Positions 1 through 13,900 of a stretch of 64,000 nt of DNA are shown here, one piece after another. Each line of letters starts with the position of its first letter. Position 1 is the first letter of the stretch. The stretch is from Marsupella aquatica (taxonomy: Eukaryota > Plantae > Marchantiophyta): positions 14,973,037 through 15,037,036 of the forward strand of contig OZ316891.1 in the NCBI GenBank assembly GCA_973895155.1, in the 5' to 3' direction. The position numbers and the translations under genes were made by a program. The notes under the pieces are model-generated. The model saw only the letters and a list, made by a program, of their open reading frames with translations, made no database searches and was not told where the DNA came from.

Positions 1-28
1 AGCTTCCTCCCCTAGGAATGCAGCAGAA

Positions 29-3000
29 ATGCATCGAGGGGGAGGACTGGGAGTGAGTGGGGAAGCGTCGTCGTCGAGAAGCGAAATGGGAAGGAACGTC
101 CCCGGAGGACGCAAGGATGTTAGAGGAAGTGGTGGAGTCGGAGGAGGAGGGGCAGGACCGTCGCGGATGGGCGGGGGAGCTCACTCAAGGCAGCGCCTGC
201 AACAACGAAAGCATCCCGAGCCCCTTCGCCGTGCTGTTGCACAATGTTTGTCCGCTTCTTACCATGGCGCTGCCTCAGCATTCACTTCTGAAGCTGTCCG
301 GACGCTACAGGTGTGTTCATTGAGTGAAGGCTTACCTTATTTTCTGGCTTAGGTTAAGAGCTGTAAAGTTCTGGCGATCGCATTACAAGTTGCGATTTTG
401 CAACACCTTCATCTCTAGCTCTTTCAACCTTTCTTCTTCCTAAGCAAAAGAAAGCACTATCAGTCATGAATAAACTCTTCATTTTCCTGATCAGGATTAC
501 CTCGCCAATTCGTCCACAATGGATTCTGCATATATCGTTCTCATCGACCATGCCCTGGCAGAAAGGGACCGCAGGTTCGTACTGGGAATCCTCTACGATC
601 AGACCTTTATTATCTCATCGCTACCTCGTTGATTGTCTCAGTAACCTGAACACAGTACGTTCCTTCAACGATCTCACAGGATCTCAAGTTTCCAGCAGAT
701 ATTTTTATCTGTTTATTAAGGCCGTTAAAAGTGTCCCTTTCCATCGCCTCGTTCCTCTGTGTTGAGAAACGTGCAAACTTACTAACATGAATAGATGTGC
801 TAGTTGTGAATTCATGCTTCTCGAAACCGTTAACCATCTGAAATCCTTCGCTAGTGTTGCAGTTTTTCATATTTCTGATGATTTCTGCGCCACTTTATTA
901 TGAGAGATGATGCAAGCCTGAGATTGATACGCTTGGACTCCTGTGATGTTGGCAGTCCTCCCGTTATCAGCAAGTGTGTTGGTTTGCTCAAGAGATACCT
1001 TTTCAGGTACTGCATCTGATCGGAATCAAGTTGATATCATCAGATTTCTTTGAGCTGCCTTTATTAGTTCTATTTTTGTTCAAAAGGTGGGACATGAATG
1101 GTTCCCAGCAGACAGAACTTCACTGCGTGACTCGCATGGTTGTGGTTTTTACTGTTTTCAGATATGTGCCCCGGTCATCAACGCTTCAGCAAATTGACGC
1201 ATTTTGTTCAGTGCTCATAGCTGAATGCAATGAACTGGGAGGCAGTGCTGGGAAGAGAACACCATGGGTACAACCTGTGAATGAGCCAGTTGCCCCACGA
1301 CGTCCAGGAACCCCACCATCTCCAAGCTCAACGACTTTGGCATTTGCTTCAGCTTCCCTTGTAAAATCTTTAATTTATGTCCGTGCTTTAGTAGCTCGTC
1401 ATCTTCCTCGCTATTCTCTTCAACCATCCACAAGTATCCCACTTGTTAAGCCCCTAAAACCAAATTTGCCATCCCCACGATCTAGATCTTTTAGTAATCC
1501 ATATGAAAGGGGACTCAAGAGATCAATCCCTGAAGACAGGGAGGCTGCCAAGTCAGCCGCTTTGACGATAGCGGGCTTGGAGGCGATAGATGATGAAAAC
1601 TCAGATTACATTGCAGTGGATGTACTGAAGTGGCGATGGCTTGGTGGTAAAGGGCAGCCAGCCTGGGCTCCTTCGCCAGTTATGCTGGATAGGTAGGTTA
1701 AAATCTTCTCTTGTTTAGTATATCCACTGTGAGAGTGCGCGTTTTGAGTTCATTGGACAGTCAACTTTCTTGTCAACAAGCTGTTAGGGATGGACTAGGT
1801 CTCCCCTCGCTGAAGTTGAACGTCTCTAAGATCGGTCAGCCAATGTTTACGGTTAGACCTTACCAATCTTGCAGTTCAACCTCACACTTTGAGAGGAGCA
1901 TTAAGGAGAAGTGAGGTCGACAATGGTCTATGAAGGGTGCTAATTTCCGCCCCTTGGTCAAGAATGCAGTGGAGGGATAGCAAGACCCCATGTGGAGCGG
2001 ATGCAAAGCTTGGGAGAGCAAGGCGCTTCTGGGCTCATGCTGAAGTCTATTCAACAGAAGGAAAATGACTTCCAGACAAGGACGGGAGAGCGGCCACGCA
2101 ACAATTTGGAAGGAGTTGTTGAAGAAATGCTTCTCCCTTCCACTGTAACAGCTGTAGCAGATCGAGCAGCGGTGAGGTCCCATCTGCGAGCCGTGGCTGC
2201 TGCAAAACGATATAAACCAACGTCGCAACGCTGGTAGGAATTTACGTTTGGCCGGCAACGTTGATGAGATGAATTTTCATGCGGATGCGGTAAACGTCGA
2301 TTATTGTAGTTCGTTCAGACTGTCGACTAAATTTAGACGGAAATGAAGTGAGGCGATTCAAAGTGGAAAGCGTAAAACTCTCCATGAAAGTATTGGAGTT
2401 GTCTTAAACTGATCCCTCTCCCATAGATAATGATGTCATAGTGATACGTAGTGCCATGGTGTAGGCAGGAAAATTAATCGTTCTTGTATGAAATGCTTCC
2501 CTCGTTGTATAGTGGTCCTATTGGGTGAGAACTGAACTTATTGTACTTGTTGCGCTAGAAGCTTCCTGTTGAACTTATCGTCTTCATGCAAAAGACATGC
2601 TAGTCAGGAATTTGACAAAGATTGGAAGGAATCCTCCTACCTTTTTCTAAGTTATGTATGTGTAATACAATTTTTTAAGGGATGGGGATGGTCCACCAAG
2701 CACGTTACGCCGGAGATCACGCCCTCTTTTTCAGTACAGACACTACAGGTACGACTACAATACTGGATGGACAGAACAGTGTGTCCTTCGAACATATCAG
2801 ATTCGCATCTCAATTTTTGATGTTGATGTATTAAAACTGCTTCGCACATGTCCGAATTTTAGGTCCTGTGAAGTGGGTGCGCCCTAGGCTGAAATTATAG
2901 CGTTGCCAGGAGCTGGGGCTTCGTGAATTCCTGTTGTGGATATTTTCGGTTGTCTTTCCTCTCCTGTTTTTGACACAATCTAGAGGCTCTTTAGATTTTC

Positions 3001-6000
3001 AGTTCTGTATCGCATCTCTGTTTCACTTGATGATAGCAATAATCCAGAGGTGAAATATTTGGTAGCTAATGTGGTGCCACTTTCACAAGTGTTTCAGTGT
3101 TTAAAGTAATTGTTTTGTTCGCTCACATAACCGTTCGGGTTGGGTTACAGTGAGCAGCAGCCTCTTCGGTTGAGTGATGCAGAGATGGAAGAGGTAATTA
3201 TGGCTGTGTGCTCTGAAGCAGCAGCGTCAAGTGGGCCCACGGTGTCCCCATTGTCTGGACTACCAAACAGCCAGACTGGGAAAATTGGTGGAGAGGTAGC
3301 GGATGTTGCTGCAAGTGTCCTTATCAAACTGCTCATTGATATGTATGTCGACAACCTTACGCCTTTTTCGTGATTGCTCTGGAAGATTACGAACTTGGCT
3401 TCTTTGTAGGTTAATTTAGTTTTGTGACATGTTGGGCCAGGCACCATGGCAAGGACCCCGCTGCTGTCCATGCGACTAACGCTCTTTTGTGCTTTTGGGA
3501 ATATAATAAGGCCATATCCTTCTGGTATTAAAACTGAATGTGGTGAGGGATCAGAGAGACCGATAAACAACTCGTTGCTTGCTTGCCTAAAATGGACCTA
3601 ATCGTCATTTTCAAGATCTGTCCCTCCCTACTTGGTGTCGTTTTGGGATAGCTATGCAGCCCTTGGCCGGAAGGGTTCAGCCTCTTAACGCATCTCAGGA
3701 GATATTTTGAATGGATTATGAAAGTTTTTGGTTTGTAATTGAAACATTGCCATTGTGTAGGTACATAGCAGATCCTACGAGTGCTGCACCTCTCACCTTT
3801 TCCATGTTACAGGTGAACAGAGCTCTTTGTTTACAACGAGTTAAACTTTTAATCTTCCTTCAGCGTTCTCTCAATATTCTAAAACAGATCAGTGCATGGC
3901 AGAGAGCCAATTGATCTGTTCACAGAGTTGGTGTTAAACATCACCACTGACTCGCAGAATGTGAACGAATGACTGATTCTCTGGGACCTACAAGACTGGG
4001 ATTTGCCAACCTTATTCTTGGGACCAAGTAATCCATTCGATCGTTATGCAATGCCTCCAAGGCCAATCTGTCTAAGTTAGAAAATAAACCGAGGTCTGAT
4101 CGTTTTACTGGTGCATCTGTGGCTTTTAGCTATCATCACAGGTCTTTGTTATGACACGGATATCTAATATCGTGGATTCATACTGACTATAGCGAACTTG
4201 TACAGGGGATGGTGATCTCACAAGCAACATCAGTACGAATACGTGCATTTGATTTGATTTTGAACCTCGGGGTTCACGCTCACCTTTTGGAACCTATGCA
4301 AAGTGACGATCAGACAATATCTGAAGAAGCCTCTGGTTCAGCAAATCTATCGATGGAGAATGGATCGTTTTCTTCTTTCGTTTCATTACCTGCAAACAGA
4401 GGTGATAGGCACAGGCTTAGCAGAAGTCATCTTACTACCTCAACAGAAACCTTTCTAGAGAAACCTGAACGGGGAAGTCCTCCTGCTGTAGCACGATTTG
4501 AGGCTTGGCTACTTGATATCCTATGTGAGATGCTTCTACTACTTGTTCAGGTACAGCTAAGAGTCATCTTTCAGTCTCCATTTGCGTAAGACCACTCGTG
4601 GCATGTCCTGGGAATTTGAAGCGTTTGTTTTAAGTTATGATCAGTGAAATCTGTGCACAAGAAGGCAAACCCGAATCCAGGAATGGGTTTGTAGTTTGGA
4701 GAAACTTTACGGTTTATCCTAACTCAAACTTGATACCTCAATTGTTGGAAATTGTATTGCGGATAGCGTATGAAATATCTTCTTCGTGATCCTGATTGTT
4801 TTTCTCACATTTGTTTAGACTGAGGAGGCCGATGAGGGTGTTTGGGCTGCTGCATTGAGTTGTCTCCTGTATTTAGCGTGTGATCGCGGAAGAATTCAAC
4901 GGCGTCGCCTGGATGGAGTTGACATAAGGGTAAGGTTGATGTGGGTCTTATTTGGGTTTGAGCCAAAAGGATTTTGGACATGTATATCATTATCACTCAT
5001 GGTTGGAGGAAAGGGCCTCTGCCTTAACTTTCAGATGGAGGAAATGATCACAACTAGCACAGCAGAAGTAATTTGCAGAAAGTTTATAATAAGGATACCA
5101 AAGTAAACTAGTTGGTACTTCTGCAGCTGATTGAAAGTCAGAAAAATTCCGTGAGAGCACGACGTCAACGCTGTTTGTAGGAAACTCTTGCAGAATGTAT
5201 GTGTCCACCTTGTCTTGTTGAAAGGAGGAATACAAAAGGGAGAGAGGAGTGTCTCATCCGATCAGTTATTCTTTTTTGGCTGATGAGTTTGTTGGCTGTA
5301 ACAGGCTTTGAAGATTCTCCTCGACCTCAGTTGGGAGTATGGGTGGGCGGATGAAGTTCATAGCAGACTTATTCGCATCGCATGCAACTTATTGTACAGG
5401 CTGCCCCTGGTTACCGATGAGGCTGTTCTTGAAAAATCGACCTTGGATTTGGAGCAAATCGAAATGTTTGGTGGCATTGAAGTGATCTGTGAGCAGGTGA
5501 CTGAATTGTGAACGTGAATGCCTTTCTTTGAGCAGTCTGATTACCTGTAACATGAGATATTTCATGACTTCCCTTAAATGTCCCTCTTGCAATACCTCCT
5601 TAGCGATGCTCGCCAATGCGACAGAATTTTCCTAACCAAGACCTATGATCTGGAATACAGTATGCAAGAGCCAAGACTTCAGAGGCAAAGCGAAATCTTT
5701 TTGCAGTTCTTTTTGATTACGTTCTTTACGACCTTGAAAATAAAGTGCGAAGTAGCCAAAGGCAGCTTCCGTCAACTGAGGAAATACAGGCAGTTGCCAC
5801 CGCTTTGTGCTTGGCAGAGGCATCAGAGTGTTTTGCATTTGCTTTCAGGCAAGGGCTCTCCGGAGTGGGGGAAGCCTTGGCTAGATCTATCGTCACAGCA
5901 ATGGCACGCGATGTCACCAGTGGGCGCCTTAATTCCGAGGTATTGTTAGAAGCGTATCCGTTTAGGACTGACTACATCAGACCTACGTGATATTTCTGAA

Positions 6001-8506
6001 ATTATCATACATACGATCGTGAGAGTGAGAATCTTGGGCATGTCACTAGGTGCGGCTACTACATATGTTTTGATGCGAGATGGATAGATGAACTGGCGCA
6101 CAGTCATTGTCCTGAAAAATCTTGTTTGTACTAAGTTCTGTTTTTTGTTTTCCTGCAGTTCTTGGATGAAGTAGTTGCATCATTGGACAAATTGGCAGCT
6201 TCTTACTCTAACCTTGAAGAGGAGTTTATGAAGTTACTTCCTGTGACTATGGCTAGTGAAGGGCTTAGTAGTGACAACAACTTTTCTCAGGACACTATGA
6301 GGATGGCCTGGTCAACGTTGGAGTTTCTTCTCCATTCTCCTAGATCGGCCTATCGAAATAGTGGATATTTATGGCTCTTGGAGCTTCTGTCTGCCGAAAT
6401 GACACGTGGGGGCTCAAAACAAAGCACGAAGCTCAAGACTAATGCATTGCAGCGCCAACTTGGGCTTCTAGGGAAGCAAGAAAGAGCAACAGGAAATGAT
6501 GCATCCGAGAATGAAGAATCGGGAAATCAGAATCACACTCCTGCAATTTCTTCAGCTGTGCGCGTCCTTTGCAGCCTCCTCAAGTCAAAGAACCCATCTG
6601 TACGTCGGGGTTTTGTTCTAATTCTGGAAAAGGTGCTCATACAGTGTCAAAGACACGGATTGGAGTTGGAGTTTAATTCGTCAAGCTTAATAGATGGAGA
6701 ACTGACGAAACAGGAGGGTGTCAGAAACACTGGAGCCCAAGATCGAGCTTTGGCCATGTTGGGTCTTATGAATGGTGCTTTATGGCAGGCTATATCTGCA
6801 AATGACACAGACCGTGTGAACATCCTACAGGTATATCTTCACAGCTTAAGGTTCTACCATCGGCTCTCCCGATATGTCAAGGTTGGGATAAAACTTATGT
6901 TGGGAAGCAGCAATCGATCCAAAGCTCAAGTTTGTTATGGTCGGTTAACTTTTCGAATAAATTACTCTAATGCCTTCTAGTTTTCATGTCATTATTATGG
7001 ACCAACGGGCCTGCAAGTAGGAACCTATGGTTGGCACGAACACTACCATGCTTTGCCATCAATAGATACGATCGAGTAGTTTTCCAACCTGTGGGAGGTG
7101 TCTAATAGTTGGTTGTAATACTCAAACAGATGTGCAACATGATGTTCTCCCAGCTATGTGTCAACTGGCCCCTTTCAGGAAATGGGCCGATCAGAGGTAT
7201 TCCAGCAAATGGAAGAGTTGACCCATCTGTACTGGAAACTCAAAGGCCGGGTCTTGCTGAGGCAGTCTCCGTAGGTAGAGGTTCGATGAGTGCTGCTTCC
7301 AGTAATGTGGGTGGCCATGGTGGGAGCAAGTTTGGTTCTGTGGCTGCAATGTTATTGAGTGGGCAGGCGGCTGCTCCAAAGCTGCTGGTAGCGAATATGC
7401 CTACAGCATTGCTGTACTGGCCATTGACGCAGCTTGCAGGTGCCGCGACAGAAGATGTGACTTTAGGTGTGGCTGTAGGCAGCAGAGGAGGGGGAAATGT
7501 CCCAGGTGGAGTGTGTGATGTTCGTGCTGCTCTTTTGCTGATTCTGATCGGAAAGTGCACAGAATTTCAAGTGGCCTTGGATGAAGTTGGCGGTGAGGAA
7601 TTTTTCAGGTAATGTATGGAAAATAAAGTACAAAAAATGAAAAGAGATGCATTGAGTGATTGGAATGTCACATGAACTGTTTTAGTAAGATTTTAACAAT
7701 CATTTGTTCTCAGAAAATCACATGCTTTCGTTTGTGGAGATGATAAGTATCAGTGAAGTTTCGTCTGTTGGCGAACTTACGAATACTTACGAATACTTAA
7801 TAAACTGCATCGTGAATACTAGCAATTGTATGGTAAGATTATTCTTGGAACTGCTTCCTAACATTGGAAAATTTGTAAACCTTGACAGGTCTTTACTAGA
7901 TGACATGGATGCACGTGTTGCATACTACACGTCTGCGTTTCTTCTGAAGAGGATGATAACAGAGGAACCCGAAAAGTACCAGCGCATGCTTCACAATTTG
8001 GTCTTCAAGGCACAGCAAGTAGGGATTTTTCCTAAATTCAATTTTTCGCAGAAAAGTTTATCAGTCAATTTTTGCGTTAAAATGTAGTGCGGCATCATAT
8101 TGGTCATTTTTTTATAACCATTTACTGAAGTTACATTTCACATGCCAGAGTATGGAATGGATTGTTTTAAAAACCGTTTCATGCATGCATCATGTAAACT
8201 GTCATTTACACTATTGTAGCTTCACAGGAAAACTGAATGTAAGACCTTGATATTTCTTCATGATTTAGAGTACCATCGCCGGTTTGCTATGTGGACTTTT
8301 TAAACTTTGGGCTTCTGAGCATTATCCGTGTCAGTTTTGCCTTGGATAAAGAGTATAGTATTACTTGCGTAAGCTAACAGGCTCTTGTTTTCTGTTACCA
8401 GAGTAACAATGAGAAGCTACTGGAAAATCCATATTTGCAAATGCGTGGTATCCTACAATTGTCCAATGAATCGGATAGCCCCACTTCATTCCAACTGGAC
8501 AGCTAG
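29..8506 (+). CDS. Conserved plant protein of unknown function, AT3G12590-like, 16 exons
   Basis: GT-AG exons join in frame at approx. 29-310, 495-574, 956-1006, 1162-1692, 1970-2233, 2680-2748, 3151-3342, 3761-3812, 4206-4550, 4819-4929, 5305-5496, 5661-5939, 6159-6830, 7130-7608, 7889-8018 and 8402-8506 (TAG). Motifs PEPLRRAVAQCLS, RPLFQYRHYSEQQPLRL, VRIRAFDLILNLGVHAHLLEP and QSNNEKLLENPYLQMRGILQLSNE match my recollection of this family. Confidence 0.88.
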
Positions 8507-10920
8507 CATTTTTGGAAGGCCACATTAGAAGCCCCGCATCCACTTGTCTTCAAGTGCCCCGTGAGATGTTTGCTCGAACAGTGGAGGCCCTGTAGAGGAT
8601 TTTGGATGTCGTCAGACCGGTAAGGTGGCTTTATACTGAACTACAGTTAATTTCTATTTACGTTTTCGAGGTGTCGACAGTTGTACCACAATCATTTGTG
8701 AAGATAAATACGTTTCATATGGAACATTCTTATCTGTTGACGTGACCTCTTGGATCTGTCTATCAAGTTAGGATGACCCGTGACGTATATGCATAGTTCA
8801 ATGACCTACTGTGGGTTTTGTGAGCAGGGCAAAACAAAGAAATGAATGGGAAGTACTATATGGACCAGTGTTCCCACAGGAGCTCCCTTTGTTTACGAAT
8901 TGTTTCTTATTTCATATTCAAATTGGAGTGGTCCTTGTGAATTCAGAGTGATCCACCGGTAAGACGTGTGTGAATAGAAGTTATTCCTTAAGAGGGAAAA
9001 TTCTCCAGAGGTTTCCTGTGACCACGTTATGATATGATTGGCCTTATAAAGCAGAGGAATTACTAATTATGCTAACCAGATTGCGAGTGTCTGGTTATTA
9101 AGTAGATGGCCATTAGCTGGTTCGTCTATATAGTTTTGAGAAGCATTGCCATCTTTTGATATCCGATGTTGGAAGGATATTATCCACGGTTATCGTTATT
9201 TTTGGCCAATCAGGCTACCAGTGGAACACAGCTGCCAGGTAGTGCTTCGGAGAGGGCAATAGGTCCTATTGTACAGTGAGAATGTTTTGGTCTTTATCCT
9301 TTGAAAAGACCAATTAAGGTCAACTTGGCCATTGTCGGGCGAAGGGCCTTGCCCAACAGGAGGTTACATTCTTCTGGGTACTAATTTCTTGAGACTAGGC
9401 AGATTGTTAGCCCAGTCTCATGTATATTTTTCCGTTGGAGAACAGTGGTGGTGCATTATTGAGAGATTTGACGTTCATACAGTTAAAAAATGTGTTGAAA
9501 TATAAAACCTTTGCACCGAGAATACAATGACCTTGACACTCCCGTTGTGAGGTTTTATTCTTTTCATTGCCTGCCTCGTTTGAACTTGCCAGTTTAACAT
9601 ATCTCGAGGAGTAGAATAGCTATTTTACCTTGTTGCAAGGGTAGAAAGATTACATGTCTACTTTTGGAAAATAGGAGGGATTGCCAATTCTACCACGTAC
9701 GTTTGGCTGGGAGTACTACTGAAACCTGAATTTTCCAATGGAAAACATGTGATCCTGTGACTAGTGACTCAGTGTAAATGTGTGCTAAATGTCAAGAGGA
9801 GACTTGGATGGATTCGTATCACCTGTTGTGGATAGCAGGTTTGGTTTTCTTGTCACGAGATTACCTGAGTTTTTAGCTTTTTCTAAGAATTTGCTTCAAA
9901 ATGGAAGCATGGTCTTTGCCAGCGAATTTTAGATTGTAGTCTTATCATAGAAGTGGCCTTTATCATAGAAGTAGCCTTTATCAGCCCTGGGGTACAGTGG
10001 CAAATTTTGCGAGGTCAAACGATCTGTATTTGCCACCAATACATATTGCAGGTTCAGGTCTTTTGGTAAATCACTGATAAAGTTTCAACTGGAAAGAAGT
10101 ACTGGAGTATTATTCAGTCCCTACGGATGTTTCAACCAGAGTCTCGATGAATAAGGTTGCCTAGAGTCTTATTCTGGAATCAATTTGGTCTTCTAGGTGG
10201 GCACAGCTTGAAAATCCGTACTCGTACTCCTGGAATTGTTCAGGCCCGGTGCATCGATTTCTTTATGTCTGACTATAAAATCTGAAGTTACAATAAATAA
10301 TGAGATTGCCGAACTTGCCTTTTCTACTGAATGCATTGATGAAGTCTTCAATTCATATTCCTTTCACGTTTTCTGTTCTTGTTTGTAGCTTCCTCAGGAC
10401 CTGGGTAAGTATTCTGGACAATCCGAGTTTAAGTATTTTGATCGGCAGCCTCTACTGGAAGCGTCCCGAGGCTATGACAATGGAAACCGACAGCCACGGT
10501 TACTGTCGGAAACAAGAGGCTTTTGGATCAACAATCTATTGTGAGATGCCTGTCTTTTGCACGGTCGAGGTATTTCCAACCTACCTTCTACACGAGACTA
10601 GATATGTATCTGGGCCACAATTGTTTGCAATGGCGAAGAAACTTGATTGGGGGGCAGTGGAATCACATACGGATTCTATTCTGAACCTGAAGCTTTGCCC
10701 AACTTAACATTTCAGGCCCAGGTGTCCGGCAAGTCAGTCAAAACAAGATCGAGATATCCTCCGGTTTGTTAATTCTGGCAAGCTTTCTGCCTCTTGGTAG
10801 GGTGGTGAGGGCACACTTTCGTTTTCTCTTGGTGACTTGTGGACTTCATAAAAACGATGACAGTTTTCCATCTCTGGTCAATCGTTATTGATGCATACCG
10901 TAATGCACCAACTGCCATTT

Positions 10921-13900
10921 TCATAGAATGGAGCACTCTGAGCGCAGGACATCCCGCCTCTTTCTCCTCCTTATGTTGAAGACCTTGGTCTTCTTGCACT
11001 GGTTGTTGATTTTGAGGTCGACTTGCGGTGCTTGTGCCTTGGCAGCCTTTTTGGACATTGCCTTGCCTGGATCACCACAGGACACGGTTGAGCATGAATT
11101 ATTTTTGTCTTTCTGAATTGGACAGTGGTGGTCCATACAGAGTGTTGGGCAGGTATATGGGACATGCATGTTAGCATGAGGTGGGAAGAATGGGCTCTGA
11201 AAGTGGTGCATGGCCCGCTAACAATCAGGATAGTGATATGGGTGTAAAACATTTCCCCCCTGACTTTCGGCACCGTGCACAAGGAACCTTAGATACTGGG
11301 CCAAGCAGGTATGGTTACCCTCAATCATATAAAGAAGTAATAAAAAATACCAAAAGTAAGCCAAAAACATGTTTGGTGGACTCCCACTACCAGTACATAG
11401 AAGTATTTGTTTCCAGTACAGAGAACACTTTCATACCCTGTACTTGCACAAGGGTGATAATGTTTTTCTATGGAACGATATATGGCCTGGTGTTGACCCT
11501 CATGTATAGCAGCTTGATTTAATTTGCCTGTGGGACATTGGTTGTTCAAACTGTAAAATTATTGTACTTCATGCACTGCAAATGGTGTAGGCTAGTCAAC
11601 CTTTTTGGAAATGGAAGGCATTAAGGGATGGACATGCATAGTATGGACTGACATGTATTCTTAACTTGAAGCTTCAAAACATCTTTGTTTGTCAGGGCAT
11701 TAAATTATAGGATGCATAGCCTGATGCCTGTGCATCGCAGAAAAGACATCGAGGCGAGGAAAAAATGTGAAGGTGAGGAAAAGAAATCAAGGTGAGAAAA
11801 AGTATCTATGAGAGAAAAAAAGACAAGGTGAGAAAATGATGTTGAGGAGGGAAATATGTGAAGGTGAGGAAAAGAAATCAAGGTGAGAAGAAATATCTAT
11901 GAGAGAAAAAAAGACAAGGTGAGAAAATGATGTTGAGGTGAAAAAAATATGTAAATGAGAGAAAATATATAAAGTTAAGAAAATGATGTTGTGATGAAAT
12001 AAAGATATCAAGGTGAAAAAAAGATGATGAGATGAAAAAGAAATAAGATGTCAAGGGAAGAAAAAGATATCAAGGAGAAAAAGAATGTCAAAATGAAAAA
12101 ATGAAGTGAGGAAAGGAAAAAAAATTCAAGGTGAGCAAAAAATGTCAAGAGAAAAAGATTTGAAGTAGAGAAAAAGATGTCAAGTTACAACTTTTGGCAA
12201 GGTATATAAGATTGACTAATGAATCATGCATGGTAACTTGGTGAGCAATAAAAGTGACAACCAACCACCACCTCATGTCTATATTATCTCAATGCAAAGT
12301 GATCTTGAGGGGCCAACCAAAATCCAAATCAGTGGGTCTCTAAATAGGGATATAGTTTGGTGTTATTTATTGTCCAGCAATAGGTTCAGAATGAGATTAC
12401 ATTTAACATTTGGCTCAGAAATTTTACCCTTGAAAAAAGAAAAAGCTCAAATATGTTCATAAATTTTGTTGTCTCACAAAAAACAAAGAATGGGAATCCA
12501 TTTAATTTCTGGCTGGTATGTAAATATTACTGACCGGTCGAAGGTCTTGAGGGTGGATGATAATAACTCAAGTCTCTCTGTAAATAGAGCTCCGCCAAAT
12601 ACTCAAAAACTGAATCATGAAACACGACAAATGTGATTACTTTAGAGTCTGCTCGCTTGCATAATTTGCTCATCTTGGTAAATTGCTGTATAGTTTAAAT
12701 TTGAATTCGAGTGTCCGTGCTATGCGCAGCTAGAGATGCCACTGAAATAATACGTTTCCAAAAAAGTAGTGCACCTTGGTACCAAAATTGCCTCCGCTAT
12801 TCGTACTATAGATACAAATTGAACTGTCATAGGTAGAAAGATTACCATCTGAAACATATAGATTCTCCTTCACACAGATTCGATAGAAACGTAGCCCCAA
12901 CTCAGTCGCGAGCTCTTCTGCTTCTTGCCTGCACAACAGAGTCCGTTATCGATCTAATTCCCACTGAAATAGTAATATCATTCTCTATGCAGGCAGGACA
13001 TACGAAACTCCCAATTGTAGTAACGATGAACACATGTAAGATGAGCTATTAATATACCAACTCGTACCTTGATACTGCTGCATTTTCCAGTAGATCAACT
13101 TTATTTTGTACCAATACCATTGGAATTTCCCCGCATTCTTCCTCAATCTACTTTTCATCAACGTCCAAAGTTGGCACAACTTATTCATTGCAAGGGCAGA
13201 GCTTACCTGTCTCAGAAAGTAAATGATTTGCCAGTCTTAAATTGAAAAACAAACAGAAAGATCCTAAGAAAGACGAACATACTACTCGTCTCCCTTCAGA
13301 TGATGGATCTCAAGTAAATTGACGAGTCCACCCGAAAGAATGACACAATTTCTTTAGAGCAAATCCAATACCATCTCCCACAAGTGACAGAATTCTGAAT
13401 GTGTTCAGGCACTATATACAAGGCGAAGGTGATTCCAAGGTTCATAATTGTTTTTAGCAGTAAATCTCAATTCAGCAGCACTGATATCTCTCAGATGGGA
13501 TTTAGTGTGCCTGGCCTATGCTCTAATGCGCATATTCTCGACTAATCTGGTACCTAAACATGATTTTTTAATTCTGTTGCTTGCCTACCTTCTCCTTCCA
13601 ACTTCTGATAGCTTCAAAAGAAGCTCTGTCAACAGTTGAAAAGCACAGAGCCGCCGCTCTTGCACCTACATGGTGGCACAGCATAATCATATTATTGCAA
13701 CTGAGCCACATGTAACGACGATGGCATTGTACCGTCTAAAAGGGCTCAAGAAGCTGACCCCACGGGTCAAGATTTATCGTACTTCAATTGTGGTTAATTA
13801 TAGATAATCGTGGCAGACGAAATTCTAAAGCAGAGTAAACATTCTGTTCATGATATTTTCAAAACGTCCATCATTGTTAACTGAAGTGTAACTTTCCAAC

